Source: Hyalangium minutum (lineage in GTDB: Bacteria > Myxococcota > Myxococcia > Myxococcales > Myxococcaceae). Taken from it: 62,000 nucleotides of DNA. The position numbers and the translations under genes were made by a program. Location: positions 206,001 through 268,000 of the forward strand of contig NZ_JMCB01000013.1 of assembly GCF_000737315.1 (NCBI RefSeq), in the 5' to 3' direction. This document shows, one piece after another, positions 60,227-62,000 of this stretch. Position 1 is the stretch's first letter. Every line of letters begins with the position of its first letter. Below the pieces are notes generated by a model, which saw only the letters and a program-made list of their open reading frames with translations, searched no databases and was not told the DNA's origin.

Positions 60227-62000
60227 ATGAGCGCGACTGTTGGTGACTACTTGCTCTACCGCCTGAGCCAATGGGGGATCCGCCGCATCTACGGGTACCC
60301 GGGAGATGGCATCAACGGCATCATCGGTGCGCTGGGCCGCACCACGGAGTTCCAGTTCATCCAGGCACGCCATGAGGAGATGGCGGCCTTCATGGCGTGC
60401 GCCCACGCCAAGTTCACCGGAGAGGTGGGCGTGTGCCTGGCTACCTCGGGCCCCGGTGCCATCCACCTGCTCAACGGCCTGTATGACGCGAAGCTGGACC
60501 ACCAGCCCGTGGTGGCCATCGTGGGCCAGCAGGCGCGCGCGGCGCTGGGCGGCCACTACCAGCAGGAAGTGGATCTGGTGACGCTCTTCAAGGACGTGGC
60601 CAGTGAATACGTCACCATGGTGACGAAGTCCGCGGCGGTGCGCCACGCGGTGGATCGCGCGGTGCGCATCGCGCAGATCGAGCGCACGGTGACATGCGTC
60701 ATCGTCCCCAATGATCTCCAGGAGGAGACGTACGAGAAGCCCGCGCGGGCCCACGGCACCCTCCACTCCAGCGTCGCCTACAGCGTGCCGCGCGTCCTCC
60801 CGCAGGAGCAGGACCTTCGCCGCGCCGCGGATGTGCTCAACGCGGGCAAGAAGGTGGCCATGCTGGTGGGTGCGGGCGTGCTCAACGCCGCTGACGAGGT
60901 GATGCAGGTGGCCGAGGTACTGGGCGCCGGCGTGGCCAAGGCGCTGCTGGGCAAGGCGGTGCTGCCAGACGATCTGCCCTATGTGACGGGGGCCATCGGC
61001 CTGCTGGGCACCAAGCCTAGCTGGGATCTCATGATGGAGTGCGACACGCTGCTGATGGTGGGCACCAGCTTCCCGTACTCGGAGTTCCTCCCGAAGGAGG
61101 GACAGGCCCGCGGCGTCCAGATTGATCTCGACGGCCGGATGCTGGCCATCCGCTACCCCATGGAGGTGGCGCTGACAGGCGATAGCAAGGAGACGCTGCG
61201 CGCTTTGATTCCCATGCTTCAGCGCAAGCAGGACCGGAGCTGGCGCGAGCAGGTGGAGAAGGGCGTGCGCCAGTGGTGGAAGACGTCCGAGGCGCAGGCG
61301 ATGAACTCAGCCAACCCCATCAACCCGCAGCGGGTGTTCTGGGAGCTGTCGCCCAAGCTGCCAGACGGCGTCATCCTGACGGCGGACTCGGGCTCGGGGA
61401 CGAACTGGTTCGCGCGGGACATCAAGATTCGCAAGGGGATGATGGCCTCTCTGTCCGGCAACCTGGCCACCATGGGCTGCGGGGTGCCCTACGCCATTGG
61501 CGCGAAGTTCGCGTTCCCGCATCGGCCCGTGCTCGCCATGGTGGGGGACGGGGCCATGCAGATGAACGGCAACGGCGAGCTGGTCACCGTGGCCAAGTAC
61601 TGGAAGCAGTGGAAGGACCCGCGCTTCATCATCCTGGTGCTCAACAACCGCGACCTGAACCAGGTGACGTGGGAGCAGCGGGTCATGGCAGGGGATCCGA
61701 AGACGCCGGCGACGCAGGACCTCCCGGATTTCCCTTATGCGAAGTACGCGGAATCGCTGGGTCTCAAGGGCATCCGGGTGGACAGGCCTGAGCAGATCGC
61801 CCGGGCGTGGGACGAGGCGCTGAGCGCGGACCGGCCCGTGGTCTACGAGGCCTATGTGGACCCGGATGTGCCGCCGCTGCCGCCCCACATCACCTTCGAG
61901 CAGGCCACGAATTTCGCCAGGTCCTTGCTGGGCGGTGACGTGGACGCCGGTGGCGTCATGAAGCAGTCCATCAAGGGCATGGTGGACAAGCTGTTGCCGC
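60227..62000 (+). CDS. Thiamine-pyrophosphate enzyme (pyruvate oxidase/PoxB-like), 3' end just beyond window; missing from the ORF track
   Basis: MSATVGDYLLYRLSQWGIRRIYGYPGDGING, RHEEMAAFMA, TSGPGAIHLLNG, GDGAMQMNG...VLNN; no stop before 62000. Confidence 0.93.
   Translation, partial: MSATVGDYLLYRLSQWGIRRIYGYPGDGINGIIGALGRTTEFQFIQARHEEMAAFMACAHAKFTGEVGVCLATSGPGAIHLLNGLYDAKLDHQPVVAIVGQQARAALGGHYQQEVDLVTLFKDVASEYVTMVTKSAAVRHAVDRAVRIAQIERTVTCVIVPNDLQEETYEKPARAHGTLHSSVAYSVPRVLPQEQDLRRAADVLNAGKKVAMLVGAGVLNAADEVMQVAEVLGAGVAKALLGKAVLPDDLPYVTGAIGLLGTKPSWDLMMECDTLLMVGTSFPYSEFLPKEGQARGVQIDLDGRMLAIRYPMEVALTGDSKETLRALIPMLQRKQDRSWREQVEKGVRQWWKTSEAQAMNSANPINPQRVFWELSPKLPDGVILTADSGSGTNWFARDIKIRKGMMASLSGNLATMGCGVPYAIGAKFAFPHRPVLAMVGDGAMQMNGNGELVTVAKYWKQWKDPRFIILVLNNRDLNQVTWEQRVMAGDPKTPATQDLPDFPYAKYAESLGLKGIRVDRPEQIARAWDEALSADRPVVYEAYVDPDVPPLPPHITFEQATNFARSLLGGDVDAGGVMKQSIKGMVDKLLP

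Overview
High-GC myxobacterial chromosome segment (Cystobacterineae-like gene content; inference). The window is mostly core genes, with no rRNA, tRNA, CRISPR array, transposase or prophage that I can support. In order it holds: an envelope block (AMIN/coiled-coil protein, lptD, XRE regulator, Ig-like lipoprotein); TetR plus enoyl-CoA hydratase; an M23 peptidase; a cluster of small membrane proteins of general-stress type; an orphan GntR/FadR gene carrying FadR-type boxes at both ends; a TrxB-like oxidase plus AraC; a CHASE2 class III cyclase with a degenerate active site plus an M48 lipoprotease; a complex I locus split into nuoAB and nuoCDGHI, each with its own sigma70 promoter (nuoEF and nuoJ-N are absent here). 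Between the two nuo halves lie a 6-TM adenylate cyclase, a Cys-rich peptide/Cys-rich protein pair, a Thr-type sulfatase-fold enzyme and a PaaI thioesterase. Then come an orphan MCP; a hybrid kinase / KaiC-like ATPase / receiver module; PHP, deoxyhypusine-synthase-like and OsmC genes; a complete alternative complex III (actA-G) plus A2-type caa3 oxidase operon; a decayed ASRT-GH15 locus; and an enolase-family / FAD-FeS oxidoreductase / TPP-enzyme operon running off the 3' end. Best candidates for an undescribed system: the peptide + 32-Cys protein + 6-TM cyclase cassette, the half-site CHASE2 cyclase, the clock-less KaiC module, and the operator-flanked GntR. All domain calls are by motif recognition from the sequence; no database searches were run.
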